From Octopus sinensis (lineage: Eukaryota), in contig NC_043018.1 of NCBI RefSeq assembly GCF_006345805.1, forward strand, positions 10,726,001 to 10,790,000: DNA of 64,000 bases, given 5' to 3'. The translations under genes and the position numbers were made by a program. The notes beneath the pieces were generated by a model. That model ran no database searches. It was not told the origin of the DNA and was given only the letters and a program-made list of their open reading frames with translations. Positions 12,737 to 25,950 of the stretch are shown in pieces (within the stretch, counting starts at the first letter, position 1; each line of letters starts with the position of its first letter).

Positions 12737-13020
12737 AAGGATCAACAGTAAAGTTTGCATCTCCTTCAGAGAGAGACATACTTTAGGCCTGCATTGCAGG
12801 AGAAAGATGTTCTTTGAGATGCAAGGTAATCATAAGCTTCTGTGTCTCAGGCAGCCAAGAGTCTGTAAACCATCAAATCTGCTTCAGCTCAAGTCTTGTG
12901 ACAACCTCACCAAAAATTCCAAGCTTTAAGTTCAACAGTTGTACCCCAGCAGGAAAATAGGATTTACAGATAAAATACGTGTAAAAAATTCTCACTAACA
13001 ATGCTACCTCTGCCACTAAT

Positions 13021-13234
13021 ACTTTTACTCTTTTACTTGTTTCAGTCATTTGACTGCGGCCATGCTGGTGTACCGCCTTTAGTCGAGCAAATCGACCTCA
13101 GGACTTATTCTTTGTAAGCCTAGTACTTATTCTATTGGTCACTTTTGCCGAACTGCTAGGTAATAGGGACGTAAACACACCAGCATCGGTTGTCAAGCAA
13201 TGTTGGGGGGACAAACACAGACACACAAACATAC

Positions 13235-13284
<50 letters not shown>

Positions 13285-13458
13285 TACACATATATACGAC
13301 AGGCTTCTTTCAGTTTCCATCTACCAAATCCACTCACAAGGCATTGGTCAGCCAAGGCTATAGCAGAAGACACTTGCCCAAGATGCCACGCAGTGGGAGT
13401 GAACCCGGAACTATGTGGTTGGTAAGCAAGCTACTTACCACACAGCCACTCCTGCACC
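13021..13458 (-). mobile_element. tRNA-derived SINE family A (full length)
   Basis: Reverse complement of GG.GCAGGAGTGGCTGTGTGGTAAG (A box)...GGTTCA.TCCC (B box), internal (TA)n(TG)n and tail GAAACAAGTAAAAGAG. Confidence 0.9.
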
Positions 13459-14117
13459 TAATATATATTTTTTAAGAAGCTAACTGGCTAATCACAACAC
13501 CAGCGCCTGTTCTGGCACTGTTTGTCTACATATCACTGGTGAGAATAAGAGTCACTGCTATCTCTAGCGGCCGAGTGGCCATCTCCGAGAAGATCAAGGA
13601 AGATTGAAGTCATGTGATTTGGTGGTCTCATTGGTGGGGGTGGTTATCTCCCTGCTGGCAATATTGACAAACAAGCGTGTATTCTGCACCAAAAGTCTAT
13701 ATGGGAGTTTCTTTCATGGGAAATACCACAGTAAATCTTGTTTTAACAGAACATCCACATTTAATTGAGAAAAAAAAAATCTATATAATGCTGTCCTCAT
13801 TGATAAGCTCAACGATATAAGTGAGCAAGAACATAAAAAACAGCCTCTTTCGACCTTAGCAACACTGAAGTCAGTTATCTGACAACAGAAAAAGCATCAG
13901 ACATATTAATGGTGATGCAATAACAAGTATTAATGACAAAAGACGCGATATCGCAACTGTCTGGTTGAGAAACTTGTTTCCCAAACATGTAGCCTGGGGC
14001 TCAAATGTCTTCTACTACAGCTCCCTCTGGCTAACCAAAGCCTTGTGAGTGGATATGATTGATGGAAACTGAAAGAAGCCTGTTGTATATGCATAAGAAA
14101 AATTGATGATAAAGGAA

Positions 14118-14530
14118 TACTCTTTTACTTGTTTCAGATATTTTAATGAGCCATGATGGAGCACCGCCTTTAGTCGAGCAAATCGACCCCAGAACTTATT
14201 CTTTGTAAGCCCTGTACTTATTCTATCGGTCTATTTTGCCGAACTGCTAAGTGACGGGGACGTAAACACACCAGCGTCGGTTGTCAAGCAATGCTAGAGG
14301 GACAAACACAGACACACAAACATATACACGCACATATATATATATATATATATATATGCATATATACGACAGGCTTCTTTCAGTTTCCGTCTACCAAATC
14401 CACTCACAAGGCTTTGGTCGGCCTGAGGCTATAGTAGAAGACACTTGCCCAAGGTGCCACGCAGTGGGACTGAACCCGGAACCATGTGGTTGGTTAGCAA
14501 GCTACTTACCACACAGCCACTCCTGCGCCT
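14118..14530 (-). mobile_element. SINE family A (full length)
   Basis: Same consensus as the 13021 copy. Confidence 0.9.
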
Positions 14531-15057
14531 AAATAATTATCTTATGAACTGTTTTAGCTTTCATCTATTTCCATTACAAGATGCAGTGGACTCACAGTTG
14601 AGTGCCTGAGTAACCCTAACCCTAACCTTATAACTTCATCAGAACCTCAAACAGGAAATGTAAGGTAAAGGAATTCATAAGATAATCATTTATTCCTCTG
14701 TCATCTATTTTTCTTATTACCATTCTTTCTGTACACCACTAACACTTCATTCTCAAGCACACACATATTGAGTTCTCCACCAGGTTATTAGTCTCACAAT
14801 GCCTAACCAAAATGTGTGTGTGTGCACATGTGCATGCACACATGTTTGATTCCAGGGGAAAATGTATCTGGCAATGAAGAAAAAGGCCTTGCTTGGAAAC
14901 AGGTGAGGATTGGTGACAGGAAGGGCATCCAGTCATAGAGAAATCTACCTCAACAAATTCTGTCTGACCCATGCAAGCATGACAAATGGACGTAAAATGA
15001 TGTTTTTGTCCTCTGTCAAAGACCGTAAAATAGCCGCTCCCTCTGGTCCTCATCACC

Positions 15058-15410
15058 AAGAAGCTGTGATTTACTTTGTCAATGTTTAGGATGGAACTGG
15101 AAAAACCTTCCCGATGAGTCTATTGCACACCAAAGTCTGTTACCATAGAAGCAGAGCTACTGCTGTTGTTTCTTTGGGTGTTGCTGCCATACTTCTTTCT
15201 GGAAGCTGTATATCACATTCCACTTTCAAGCTCTGGTTGGACTTAAACACATATAATGAACCCATTCGCAACTATGCTGAGAATTCAAGAACTGGATGAG
15301 TGTTTAAAGGATGCCAAATGATTTTCTGAGAAGAATACACTGTGGCTCACAAAAGATCTTCCGAAGCTCTGGGCAGGAAACGCAGAATTCTCATGACAAT
15401 AGATCTCAAA
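15058..15410 (+). pseudogene. Helitron PIF1-type helicase fragment (degenerate)
   Basis: Translation IYFVNV*DGTGKTFPMSLLHTKV...AVVSLGVAAILLSGSCISHSTFKLWLDLN...CQMIF*EEYTVAHKRSSEAL resembles Helitron helicase motifs GGTGKT, ASSGIAATLL.GG.TAHS.FK and IWDE..M.HK..LEAL. Confidence 0.75.
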
Positions 15411-15411
15411 T

Positions 15412-15818
15412 AGGCGCAGGAGTGGCTGTGTGGTAAGTAGCTTGCTAACCAACCACATGGTTCCGGGTTCAGTCCCACTGCGTGGCATCTTGAGCAAGTG
15501 TCTTCTGCTATAGCCTTGGACCAACCAAAGCCTTGTGAGTGGATTTGGTAGATGGAAACTGAAAGAAGCCTGTCGTATATATGTATATATATGTATGTGT
15601 GTGTGTTTGTGTGTCTGTCCCCCTAGCATTGCTTGACAACCGATGCTGGTGTGTTTGCGTCCCCGTCACTTAGCGGTTCGGCAAAAGAGACCGATAGAAT
15701 AAGTACTGGGCTTACAAAGAATAAGTCCCGGGGTCGATTTGCTTGACTAAAGGCGGTGCTCCAGCATGGCCGCAGTCAAATGACTGAAACAAGTAAAAGA
15801 GTAAAGAGTAAAGAGTAA
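15412..15818 (+). mobile_element. SINE family A (full length)
   Basis: A/B boxes, internal microsatellite and (AGTAAAG)n tail. Confidence 0.9.
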
Positions 15819-16409
15819 ATGGTCAGAGCAGCGCTCAAGTGATCAGAGTGGCCCTCAAATGGTCAGTTGGCTTCTGTTAGTTCCACCAAGTCATCCAATA
15901 AGAAACAAAAGCCAATGAATTTCTCAATTGCTTTAAACCATCATCACTTTGGATCAAAATTAAATCTTCAAACTGTTTACAAACCTATGAGTCAAACATT
16001 TAGGTGGTCAGCTGTTTGGTTGGTCATTTGGCCAAAAATTTGTCACGCGACAGCAAAAGGTTTCTTTTCTGTAGTAATGGATCCATGAACCAAGCTCCTA
16101 TATTAGCATAATGGTTAAAACAGAAAAACTGACACTGAAGCTGTTCCACATCATATGTTCTAGTAAACAGTTCACTAGTTATTCTACATCATGATATTTT
16201 CTGTAATAAATACTCTGCCTAATTCCACAAATGCTGTACATGTATATACAGCCCTCCAAACAGCAATATAGGACCCTAACCCTAACCCTGACCTTATAGT
16301 ATTTAGAATTGGACCCTTGGACCAGTAGGATCCCCTGCACAATTTCCTAGTATTGCCCATGCCTTAAGACACACTGCATGTATGTATACACACACACAAA
16401 TATATATCT

Positions 16410-16610
16410 CTGACATTCGCCATGATAGATCGCTAGCCACTACACATTCTTTATTTTTTCTCCTTGTTTCTTCCTGTGTTCCTTTCTGTAGAAGAGCGTA
16501 GGCTCAAAATGTTAAAGACTTTTTCACTTCCCGAGCGTTATACTAATACATCTGTTTGTTGTCTACACCACCTGTCTTCGTCTTTTGTTTTTTTGTGAAT
16601 TCTCCCTCTA
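16410..16610 (+). mobile_element. Penelope-like terminal-repeat fragment with a decayed hammerhead-like motif
   Basis: Near-identical to 39195-39340 (GAAGAGCGTAGGCTC.AAA.GTTAAAG...CTAATACATCTGTTTGTTGTCTACACCAC); abuts (TA)n. The Penelope assignment is inference. Confidence 0.5.
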
Positions 16611-16619
16611 TATATATAT

Positions 16620-17138
<519 letters not shown>

Positions 17139-17316
17139 ATATATATATGTCATACACAGAATGGGCTTCTTTCAGTTTCAGTTTACCAAATCCACTCACA
17201 ACACTTTAGTTAGCCCAAGGCTATAGAAGAGGGCTCTTGCCCAAGGTGGTGCACTGAAACTAGAACCATGTGGTTACGAAGCAAACTTTTTACCACACAG
17301 CCACACCTATGCCTAT

Positions 17317-17710
17317 TACTCTTTTACTTGTTTCAGTCATTTGACTTCGGCCATGCTGGAGCACCGCCTTTAATCGAGCAAATCGACCCAGGACTTATTC
17401 TTTGTAAGCCCAGTACTTATTCTATTGGTCTCTTTTGCCGAACCACTAAGTGATGGGGACGTAAACACACCAGCATTGGTTGTCAAGCAACGCTAGGGGT
17501 ACAAACACAGATACACAAACACACACACATATATATATACATATATACGACAGGCTTCTTTCAGTTTCCATCTACCAAATCCACTCACAAGGCTTTGGTC
17601 GGCCCGAGGCTATAGCAGAAGACACTTGCCCAAGATGCCACGCAGTGGGACTGAACCCGGAAGCATGTGGTTGGTTAGCAAGCTACTTACCACACAGCCA
17701 CTCCTGCGCC
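17317..17710 (-). mobile_element. SINE family A (full length)
   Basis: Consensus match; tail-to-tail with the 16728 copy. Confidence 0.9.
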
Positions 17711-17970
17711 TATTCACTTTCACTGCAAAACTTCCTGAAGAATTATATTTCTTATATATAGACATGAGGTGGCAAAAACACACATTGGCCTCCTGGATTT
17801 CCAGTCTGTAATGACAAATTATTTCTGCTTCTTTTTTGTGCTGATTCAACCAAGAAGTACAAACATGCAGCGTAATAAAGGAACAGGCTGAAGTTGAAGA
17901 CATGAAAATTGTCAGAAATTTGAATATAACAGGGCAGGTTTCCCGTGCAAAGAATTTGCACAACCAAATG

Positions 17971-18357
17971 GGATCTTTTCGGTTTGAACGGCAGTTTTTT
18001 CTAGTGCTGTCATATGAAATTGTCCCCCATAATTATGACCCTAGTATTGATCTACTGCATTTCAATCTGTTTTAGGGTTAGGGTTATAGGTGGGGGGAAG
18101 GGTATCTTTTTTTCTTCACAAATGTAAATAAACCCAATCTGTTTCTTAAACCATTACTCAATGGACGTCAGTGATTGGTTGAAATTGCAGAAATTGAAGA
18201 AAAAAAAGCAACAAATATCTTACAAACTATAGAATTTTCTCAATAAAGCCAAGAGAAAAAGATGTTTTATAAACACATTCTACCAGTATACGAAGTTTAA
18301 AATTTTTTAGTTACCTAGAAATTATGTTAAAAACTGCTGTTCAAACTGAAAAGATCC
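17971..18357 (+). mobile_element. GGATC-ended MITE with internal TTAGGG repeats (copy 1, internally deleted)
   Basis: TIR GGATCTTTTCGGTTTGAACGGCAGTTTT / AAAACTGCTGTTCAAACTGAAAAGATCC; homologous to the 52779 and 59683 copies; no clear TSD. Confidence 0.85.
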
Positions 18358-18964
18358 GAAATTTGAATATAAAAGGTAATAGGAGAATTTATGAAGCAGA
18401 AATAATTAATAGTGGAATAAATGTAAATGTAAATACATGGAGCATATTAAATATATTGATGACACATAGCGAATTAAATGTATATATATATTGATTAGAT
18501 TTACCAATGAGAAGACAGAAATTGATTTCATCATCAGAATTTATGAACAAAAACATTTGTTGAACATTAGCGTAAAAAGGGTCAAAAGTCCTTATCTGCT
18601 CAGTGTCCTCCCTTATCAAACTCCTAAACATGTTTCCCCATGATAGACAGCAGCCAATTTGCCTTCAGAAGTTCAAATGTTTCACAAACACATTTGAACT
18701 ATAACCTAAGGTTATTCATCACTGCTAAAGAAGCCTGCTTCCCAACCACATGGTTCCGGGTTCAGTCCCATTCCTTGGCACTTTGTGCAAGCGTCTCTCC
18801 TGCTATAGCTTTGGGCCAACCAAGCCTTGTGAGTGAATTCGGAAGATGGAAACTGAAAGAATCCCATTGTACATATATATATATATATATGTATTTGCCT
18901 TTATCCCCCTATCACTACTTGACAACCAGTGTTGGAGTGTTTATATCCCTGTAACTTAGTGGTT

Positions 18965-19277
18965 GTTGTAGTTGTTGTTTGTTCCTACTCAAGCTATGCC
19001 TGGCTTATAAGGGCCAGTTTCCCGGTTTCTTGGCATATAGGTTCCCCACCTTGACGGGATGCTGGTCAGTCGCAGGTAAGCTGCAAGATGCAGGAGGAAA
19101 GAGTGAGAGAAAGTTGTGGCGAAAGAGTCAGCAGAAGTTCACCATTACCTTCTGCCGGAGCCGCGTGGAGCTTAGGTGTTTCGCTCATAAGCACACACAT
19201 CACCCGATCTGAGATTCGAACCCGCAATCCCTCGACCGCGAGTCCGCTGTTCTAACCACTAGGCCATGTGCCTCCAC
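18965..19277 (-). mobile_element. tRNA-derived SINE with a V-domain-like core, nested in a SINE-A copy (~18725-19370)
   Basis: Minus strand reads TGGCCTAGTGGTTAG (A box)...GGGTTCGAATCTC (B box)...CCTGCGACTGACCAGCATCCCGTCAAGGTGGGG (recalls the V-SINE core), then an (AAC)n tail. 12-bp TSD AACTTAGTGGTT at 18953-18964 and 19278-19289. Confidence 0.8.
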
Positions 19278-19382
19278 AACTTAGTGGTTCAGCAATAGAG
19301 ACCGATAGAATAAGTACCAGACTTTATAAATAACTACTGGGGTCGATTCATTCAACTAAAAATTCAAGGCAAAAGATATATA

Positions 19383-19552
19383 CCGTATTTCAACGTACAT
19401 TTTTGTTAAAAATTAGGTTAAAAAAGTATGGGAGTTTCTTATACATGGATAGTATTATAATCCCTTACAAAACCTTTTTTTCCAAATTTTAAGCCCCCAA
19501 AATTAGGGGGTTCTTTATACACGAGGGTTACTTATTGCATGTTAAAATACGG
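19383..19552. mobile_element. Tc1/mariner-superfamily MITE (CCGTATTT ends, TA TSD)
   Basis: TA|CCGTATTTCAAC...GTTAAAATACGG|TA. Confidence 0.7.
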
Positions 19553-19556
19553 TATA

Positions 19557-19704
19557 TAGGCATAGCTCTGTGGTAAGAAGCTTGCTCTCCAACCACATGG
19601 TTCCGAGTTCAGTCCCACTGCGTGGCACCTTGGGCAAGTACCAACCAAAGCTCTGTGAGTGGATTTGGTAGACGGAAACTGAAAGAAGCTCGAAAAGCCC
19701 ATCG

Positions 19705-19742
<38 letters not shown>

Positions 19743-19960
19743 GTGTGTGTGTGTGTGTGTACTTGTGTGTGTTTGTCCCCACACCATCGCTTAACAAACG
19801 ATGTTGGTGTGTTTACGTCCCTGTAACCTAGCGGTTCAGCAAGTGACCGATAGACTAAGTACTAGGCTTACAAGGAATAAGTCCTAGGGGTCGATTTGTT
19901 CGATTAAAGACAGTGCTCCAGCATGGCCGCAGTCAAATGACTGAAACAAATAAAAGAATA
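19557..19960 (+). mobile_element. SINE family A
   Basis: Consensus match with a small internal deletion. Confidence 0.85.
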
Positions 19961-19984
19961 TATCAAAATAAATAAATAAAAGAC

Positions 19985-20033
<49 letters not shown>

Positions 20034-20434
20034 TTGTGCGTCTCTTTATGCTTTCTCACACCACCCCCACACACACCGCTTGGTTTGTTTACGTCCCCGT
20101 GACTTAGCAGTCCGACGGAGGTTTGCGATAGAATAAGTGCCAGACTTTAAAAATATGTACTAGGAGCAATTGGTTCTCTTCAAAGCGTTGCCCCAGCATG
20201 ACCACAATCCAATGGTTGAAACAAGTACAAAATAAAAAGAAAATACCGTTGCTTTTACAGTTAGCCTTGTTGCTATTATTATTATTATTATTATATTATT
20301 ATTCCTCTCATCCTTTCGAGGTCGATGAATTAAGTACCAGTTACGCACTGGGGTAGAGGTAATCGACTTAATCCGTGTGTCTGTCCTTGTTTGTCCCCTC
20401 TATGTTTAGCCCCTTGTAGGCAATAAAGAAACAA

Positions 20435-20474
<40 letters not shown>

Positions 20475-21046
20475 CTTGTTGTTGTTTTGAATCGATCTTT
20501 TAACAATTAAGTTTCCATATTTGAGTACAATGTTTGTCATTAATCCGTCGCCGCGCAAGAGAGGTTACTATCAGTCAAAGGTGAGCAAAGGCGGGGGACG
20601 TCTAACATTGAATTCGGACATAAAAACAAAGCCAAACAGAAGATATGGCTTTTATCTCATTCGCTGGTGTCTAATGGAAGAAATTTCATACAAAAGGAAA
20701 AAAGAAGAAAAACCCAACAAATCTCAAGGTCAAAAGGGATGTGAGGTAAAGTGGGGGATAGTCGGGGTAGCTGAGGAGTTAGGGATGGTTGTGGAGGGTC
20801 GAAAAGAAACGAAAAGAGGAAAGGAAAAAAAGACTATATTTTTAATGACTTTTCGATACAGTCTGTGGGAAGTCGTCGTGAAATATTCGAGATGGCATTC
20901 TACTGGGAATGAATATGGTAAGTAAAAGAGGTGGTGGCGGCGACGGTGGCTGCGATTCGGTGGCGGTGTTGGCGATTGGGATGCGATGTGGAAGTGCTAA
21001 TGGAAGTGGTGGTGGTGGTGATTTTAGTGATGGTAGTAGTGGTAGT

Positions 21047-21665
21047 TGAGAGAGAGAGAGAAAGAGAGAGTGAATGAGCAAGAGAGAAAGAGAGAGTGAA
21101 TGAGAAAGAGAGAGTGAGTGAGCAAGAGAGAAAGAGAGAGTGAGTGAGCAAGAGAGAAAGAGAGTGTGAATGAGCGAGAGAGAAAGAGAGAGTGAATGAG
21201 CGAGAGAGAAAGAGAGAGTGAATGAGCAAGAGAGAAAGAGAGAGTGAGTGAGCAAGAGAGAAAGAGAGTGTGAATGAGCGAGAGAGAAAGAGAGAGTGTG
21301 AATGAGCGAGAGAGAAAGAGAGAGTGAATGAGCGAGAGAGAAAGAGAGAGTGAATGAGCAAGAGAGAAAGAGAGAGTGAATGAGAAAGAGAGAGTGAATG
21401 AGCAAGAGAGAAAGAGAGAGTGAATGAGAAAGAGAGAGTGAATGAGAAAGAGAGAGTGAATGAGCAAGAGAGAAAGAGAGAGTGAATGAGCAAGAGAGAA
21501 AGAGAGAGTGAAAGAGCAAGAGAGAAAGAGAGAGTGAATGAGCAAGAGAGAAAGAGAGAGTGAATGAGCAAGAGAGAAAGAGAGAGAGAATGAATGAGCA
21601 AGAGAGAAAGAGAGAATGAAAGAGCAAGAGAGAAAGAGAGAGTGAATGAGCAAGAGAGAGAAAGT
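21047..21665 (+). repeat. Purine-rich minisatellite, ~26-bp unit GAGAGAGTGAATGAGCAAGAGAGAAA
   Basis: Over 20 imperfect tandem units; the source of the long low-complexity minus-strand ORFs. Confidence 0.95.
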
Positions 21666-21943
21666 GTGCATGTGTGATCGAGCAAGAAAAAGAGAGAGAA
21701 CATGAATGAGTGAGAGGAAGAGCAAAGGAGATAGACAAACTTCAGGGAATGTGTACAAACATGGTGGAGGTGGTGGTGAACCGAATGAGGTTGGTGAAGT
21801 AGCGTTTGAGAAAAAACTCTGCACAATGTTCAATGAACAGTGAATGTCTTTATATAAAAGAGTAATACACACCACCATCTTGGTTGAGGAGTGGAGGGAA
21901 TGCAAAGGAGATTTCCCAAAGTATAGACAATTTAAGTAACATG

Positions 21944-22339
21944 AGCGCAGGGGTGGCTGCGTGGTAAGTAGCTTGCTTACCAACCACATGGTTCCGGGTT
22001 CAGTCCCACTGCGTGGCACCTTGGGCAAGTGTCTTCTGCTATAGCCTTGGCCGACCAAAGCCTTGTGAGTGGATTTGGTAGTCGGAAACTGAAAGAAGCC
22101 CGTCGTATATATGTATATATATGTGTGTGTGTGTTTGTGTGTCTGTGTTTGTCCTCCCAACATCGCTTGACAACCGATGCTGGTGTGTTCATATCCCCGT
22201 AAATTAGCGGTTCGGCAAAAGAAACGGATAGAATAAGTACTAGGCTTACAAAGTCCTGGGGTCGATTTGCTCGACTAAAGGCGGTGCTCCAGCATGGCCG
22301 CAGTCAAATGACTGAAACAAGTAAAAAAGTAAAGAGAGT
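21944..22339 (+). mobile_element. SINE family A (full length)
   Basis: Consensus match. Confidence 0.9.
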
Positions 22340-22820
22340 AGGGGTACTTTAAATTATGGGGGCAAAAGTATATTTTGCTGCCCCAGTGGACATCATGGTG
22401 GGTGATTTTCTCACACTGCTGTATGTAAATAATTTTCTTTTATTTCTAGTGTTGGGGAACTGGGATTCAAGGCCAGTTCAAGGTACCAACAACTCAGACA
22501 GTCACCTGGGGTACCATGTGTTACGGGGTGCCAATGAGGGTGTGTCAAAGACAAGGAAATTTCCATGACTGTCGGCTTGTACGCACTGAAGTTCAGCTAG
22601 CCCGGGGCGCCAGCAACCTTAAGGCCGGATTTAACCCTTGGCCATCTCCAGGTCAAATATTCCAGCTGTTTTATGTTGAAACTGGCCAGGTCCAGCTTCT
22701 CACACCTATCCTACAATGTCAGTCTAAAAATAAACAATCTTCAAAATGTTGAAGCTACAAGATACTACAGGATCAATTTTTTTAAATGTGGGCAAACAAG
22801 CATTATATTTGATGGATATT

Positions 22821-23050
22821 GGCGGCGAGCTGGCAGACACATTAGCACGCCAGGCAAAATACTTAGCGATATTTCATCTGCCATTACGTTCTGAGTTCAA
22901 ATTCCGCCAAGGTCGACTTTGCCTTTCATCCTTTCGGGGTCGATAAATAAAGTACCAGTTTCGCACTGGGGTCAATGTAATCGACTTAATCACTTTGTCT
23001 GTCCTTGTTTGTCCCCTCTGTGTTTAGCCCCTTGTGGGTAGTAAAGAAAT
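22821..23050 (+). mobile_element. SINE family B
   Basis: GGCGGCGAGCTGGCAGA head, GAGTTCAAATTCC B box, AAAGAAATA tail. Confidence 0.9.
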
Positions 23051-23109
23051 ATATTTGATGGATTAGAGAATGAAAGTTGTATGAGTAGAGCCAATCAGGC
23101 CTACATTGC

Positions 23110-23395
23110 AAGCCCCTTCTCTCATCCATACACATTGCACTCCATTTTTCCAGATCTGTAATGTGAGCCCCCACTTTTCAGCCTTACAATCTGTTTTCCC
23201 TTCTCCCAGCTCTATGATGTGCACCCTCATTTCTCAGTCCCACAATGTGCTACCCCTTCTCTCAGCCCTACAAAGTGCACCCTCCTTTCCTAGCCATGCA
23301 ATGTGTGCCTCCTCTACCCAGCCACAAAATGTGCACCTCCTTCTCTCAACCCAACACTACACACCCCCTTTTCTCACCCCTATAGTGTGCATTGC
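23110..23395 (+). repeat. Degenerate ~39-bp minisatellite (TGTGCACCC..TTCTCAGCCCTACAA)
   Basis: About 7 diverged tandem units. Confidence 0.6.
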
Positions 23396-23475
23396 CTTTA
23401 ATATCTTTTCCTGCAAATCCCTCCAGCCATACCCTACTTTACAGCAGCTAAAAAATGCAGGTGAAAAATTATATG

Positions 23476-23697
23476 TTTCTTTACTACCCACAAGGGGCTA
23501 AACATAGAGGGGACAAACAAACGAATTAAGTCGATTACATCGACCCCAGTGCATAACTGGTACTTAATTTATCGACCTTGAAAGGATGAAAGACAAAGTC
23601 GACCTTAGTGGAATTTGAACCTAGAATGTAACTGCAGACGAAATACGGCTACACATTTCGTCCGGCATGTTAACGATTCTGCCAGCTCGCCGCCTTA
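23476..23697 (-). mobile_element. SINE family B
   Basis: Consensus match, flanked by duplicated CAGGTGAAAAATTATA-like sequence (TSD). Confidence 0.85.
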
Positions 23698-25246
23698 CCC
23701 AGGTGAAAAATTATAGTCAACTTGCACACAAGAAATCTGTAGTTTTATGATCAGATCTCCAAGCAAATCTGTTATTTGGCAAAGTTTGAAATCTTTCACA
23801 CCAAATCATGTGACAGCTTTTAACCCCACATGACTCTCTAGTCTTCCCCCATCTCACTCGAAGCCTGTCTTCGATACTCTGCTGTTTCAAAAGTGATCTC
23901 TTCTGCTCTCTTTTTTACAGAGGTTTTATGTCCAGCAAGATGAGGATCAGAAACACAACGTGTTAAGGATTGTGTAACAGTCTGGTGTCATTGGGGTGAA
24001 GTGTATCCGAAATGATGACGGCAGACTCTCACTGTCACTGTGAAAGCCAAGGATGTGGCATAAAAGTACTGATATGAGAGGCGGTTGAATGTGGAGAATG
24101 CATGGGGGATCTACTAAACTGCAGTCAATTTGATTGGCTGGGCTCTCTGTAGGAGAAGACATCCATTCAAGTCGGCAACTGTAAAATGGATTGAGTGATT
24201 AAGGACATGAAGTGAGGGAAAACTATGGATCCGACAAGGATAGTTGCACAGATGCTCAAAACACCTGGTGTAGTAGGATACCTGGTGAGGTAGGATAAAT
24301 GGTGACCACTCAAATAGTACCGCTCCATAGTACCTCTTTTGGTCATGAAGCTAAACTATCACAGATCCTTTGCGGAATAACCCTCCCCAAACTCCAATGT
24401 CTGCTTTGGCATGTTCCTATGCTGTAGTGCCCTTCCTAATGCCAACCACTTTGTTTTCTGGGCACTTTTTCATGACACCAGCACTAATGATGTCCCCATG
24501 CAGCTTTGAAGTCTAGGATCCCCTCTAACTGAGTGGGGCTACTGTTGAGAGGGAGGAAGATTTGTGCCAGGAGAAAAGAGGTTATACTATGGAAGAAGGG
24601 ACTAATACAAAACAGGCTTCATGCTGTAGAGGAGCTAATTGGCTCAGTGGCCAGAAAAGATGGTGGGGACGACTGGGGTGGAGCTGGAAAGAGGAAAACA
24701 GTAATGATGCGGTGTTAGGGTGGACTCTCAAGATACAAGATGATCAGAAGTAAGTGGGGACAAGAGTATGGGGAGTGTGAGTTGGTAGAAGTTGTAAGAG
24801 AGTGAGAGATGGTTATAGATGAGGGATACTCTCTCTCTCTCTGTCTAACAATTACCACTACTGTGTCACCCCAACACCACCACCATAACACTACCACCGC
24901 CTTGTCCCCACCATCACCAACACCACCACTGCATCACCATCATCTCCACCTCCACCATCATCACCACCACCATCACTACTTTGTAGATGTTTTTATAATG
25001 TTATTGCTATGTCATTCATTGAGCGTGACACCTTCCTGTAGTATTTGATTAACAATTTGAGTGGTCACCATTTATCCTACCTCACCAGGTATCCTACTAC
25101 ACCAGGTGTTTTGAGCATCTGTGCAACTATCCTTGTCGGATCCATAGTTTTCCCTCACTTCATGTCCTTAATCACTCTATTCATTTTACAGGAGAAATAC
25201 TCAGCTAAGAGTAAACCATTATTCCTGGCATTCATTAACTTAAAGG

Positions 25247-25408
25247 CACCAGCATAGCTAGTGGGAGGCAATAGGAATGGTCCACCCTGGGTGGCACTTT
25301 TAAAGGGGCAGCACTTTTGGGTCTGCTGCAGGTAATGTTTTTTGTGGGGTCTAGGAGCAGCAAATGGAAGTGCTGCTCCGGGTGGCACACACTCTAGCTA
25401 CCCTAGTG
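25247..25408. mobile_element. hAT-like MITE with 8-bp TSD, inserted in the RTE fragment
   Basis: CACCAGCATAGCTAG...CTAGCTACCCTAGTG ends; CTTAAAGG duplicated at 25239-25246 and 25409-25416. Confidence 0.75.
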
Positions 25409-25429
25409 CTTAAAGGTGTTCAGCAGAAT

Positions 25430-25950
25430 ATCATCATCATCATCTTCGTTTAACATCCGCTTTCCATGCCAGCATGGGTTTGACGATTTGACTGAGAACT
25501 GGCAAACCAGATGGCTGCACCAGGTTCCAATCTTGATCTGGCAGAGTTTCTACAGCTGGATGCCCTTCCTAATGCCAACCACTCTGAGAGTGTAGTGGGT
25601 GCTTTTACGTGCCATCGACACGAGGGCCAGTCTGGTGATACTGGCAACGGCCACACTCAAATGGTGTTTTTTTACAGGCTACCTGCACAGGAATCAGTCC
25701 AGTGGTACTGGCGATGACCTTGCTCAAATGTTTTGTTCACGTGCCAGTAAGGCAACGCTGGTAACGATCATGCTCAAATGGTGCTTTTTACGTGCCACCA
25801 GCACAGAAGCCAGACATCTGCTCTGGTAGTGATCCCGCTCGGATGGAGCTGTTCGCGCTCCACTGGCACAGGTGCCAGTCATTGAATTTGGTTCAATTTC
25901 GATTTCACTTGCCCCAACAGGTCTTCGCAAGCATTCGGTAATTTGATAGT
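25430..25950 (-). mobile_element. SINE family C with (GAT)n tail; other pieces at ~14870, 33135, 34570, 40496
   Basis: Shared GGTTGGCATTAGGAAGGGCATCCAGCTGTAGAAA...GCATGGAAAGCGGATGTTAAACGA.(GAT)n. Confidence 0.7.

Noticed and set aside
12130-13020. Possible piggyBac/hAT transposase remnants here and at 15830-16260
   Set aside because: Only faint motif resemblance; too degraded to support by eye.
19205-19277. Functional tRNA gene
   Set aside because: A/B boxes are present but there is no proper acceptor stem; it is the head of a TSD-flanked SINE.
20842-22163. Long minus-strand ORFs of 298-379 aa
   Set aside because: Translations of the GA-rich minisatellite and a SINE; low complexity and open in all three frames.
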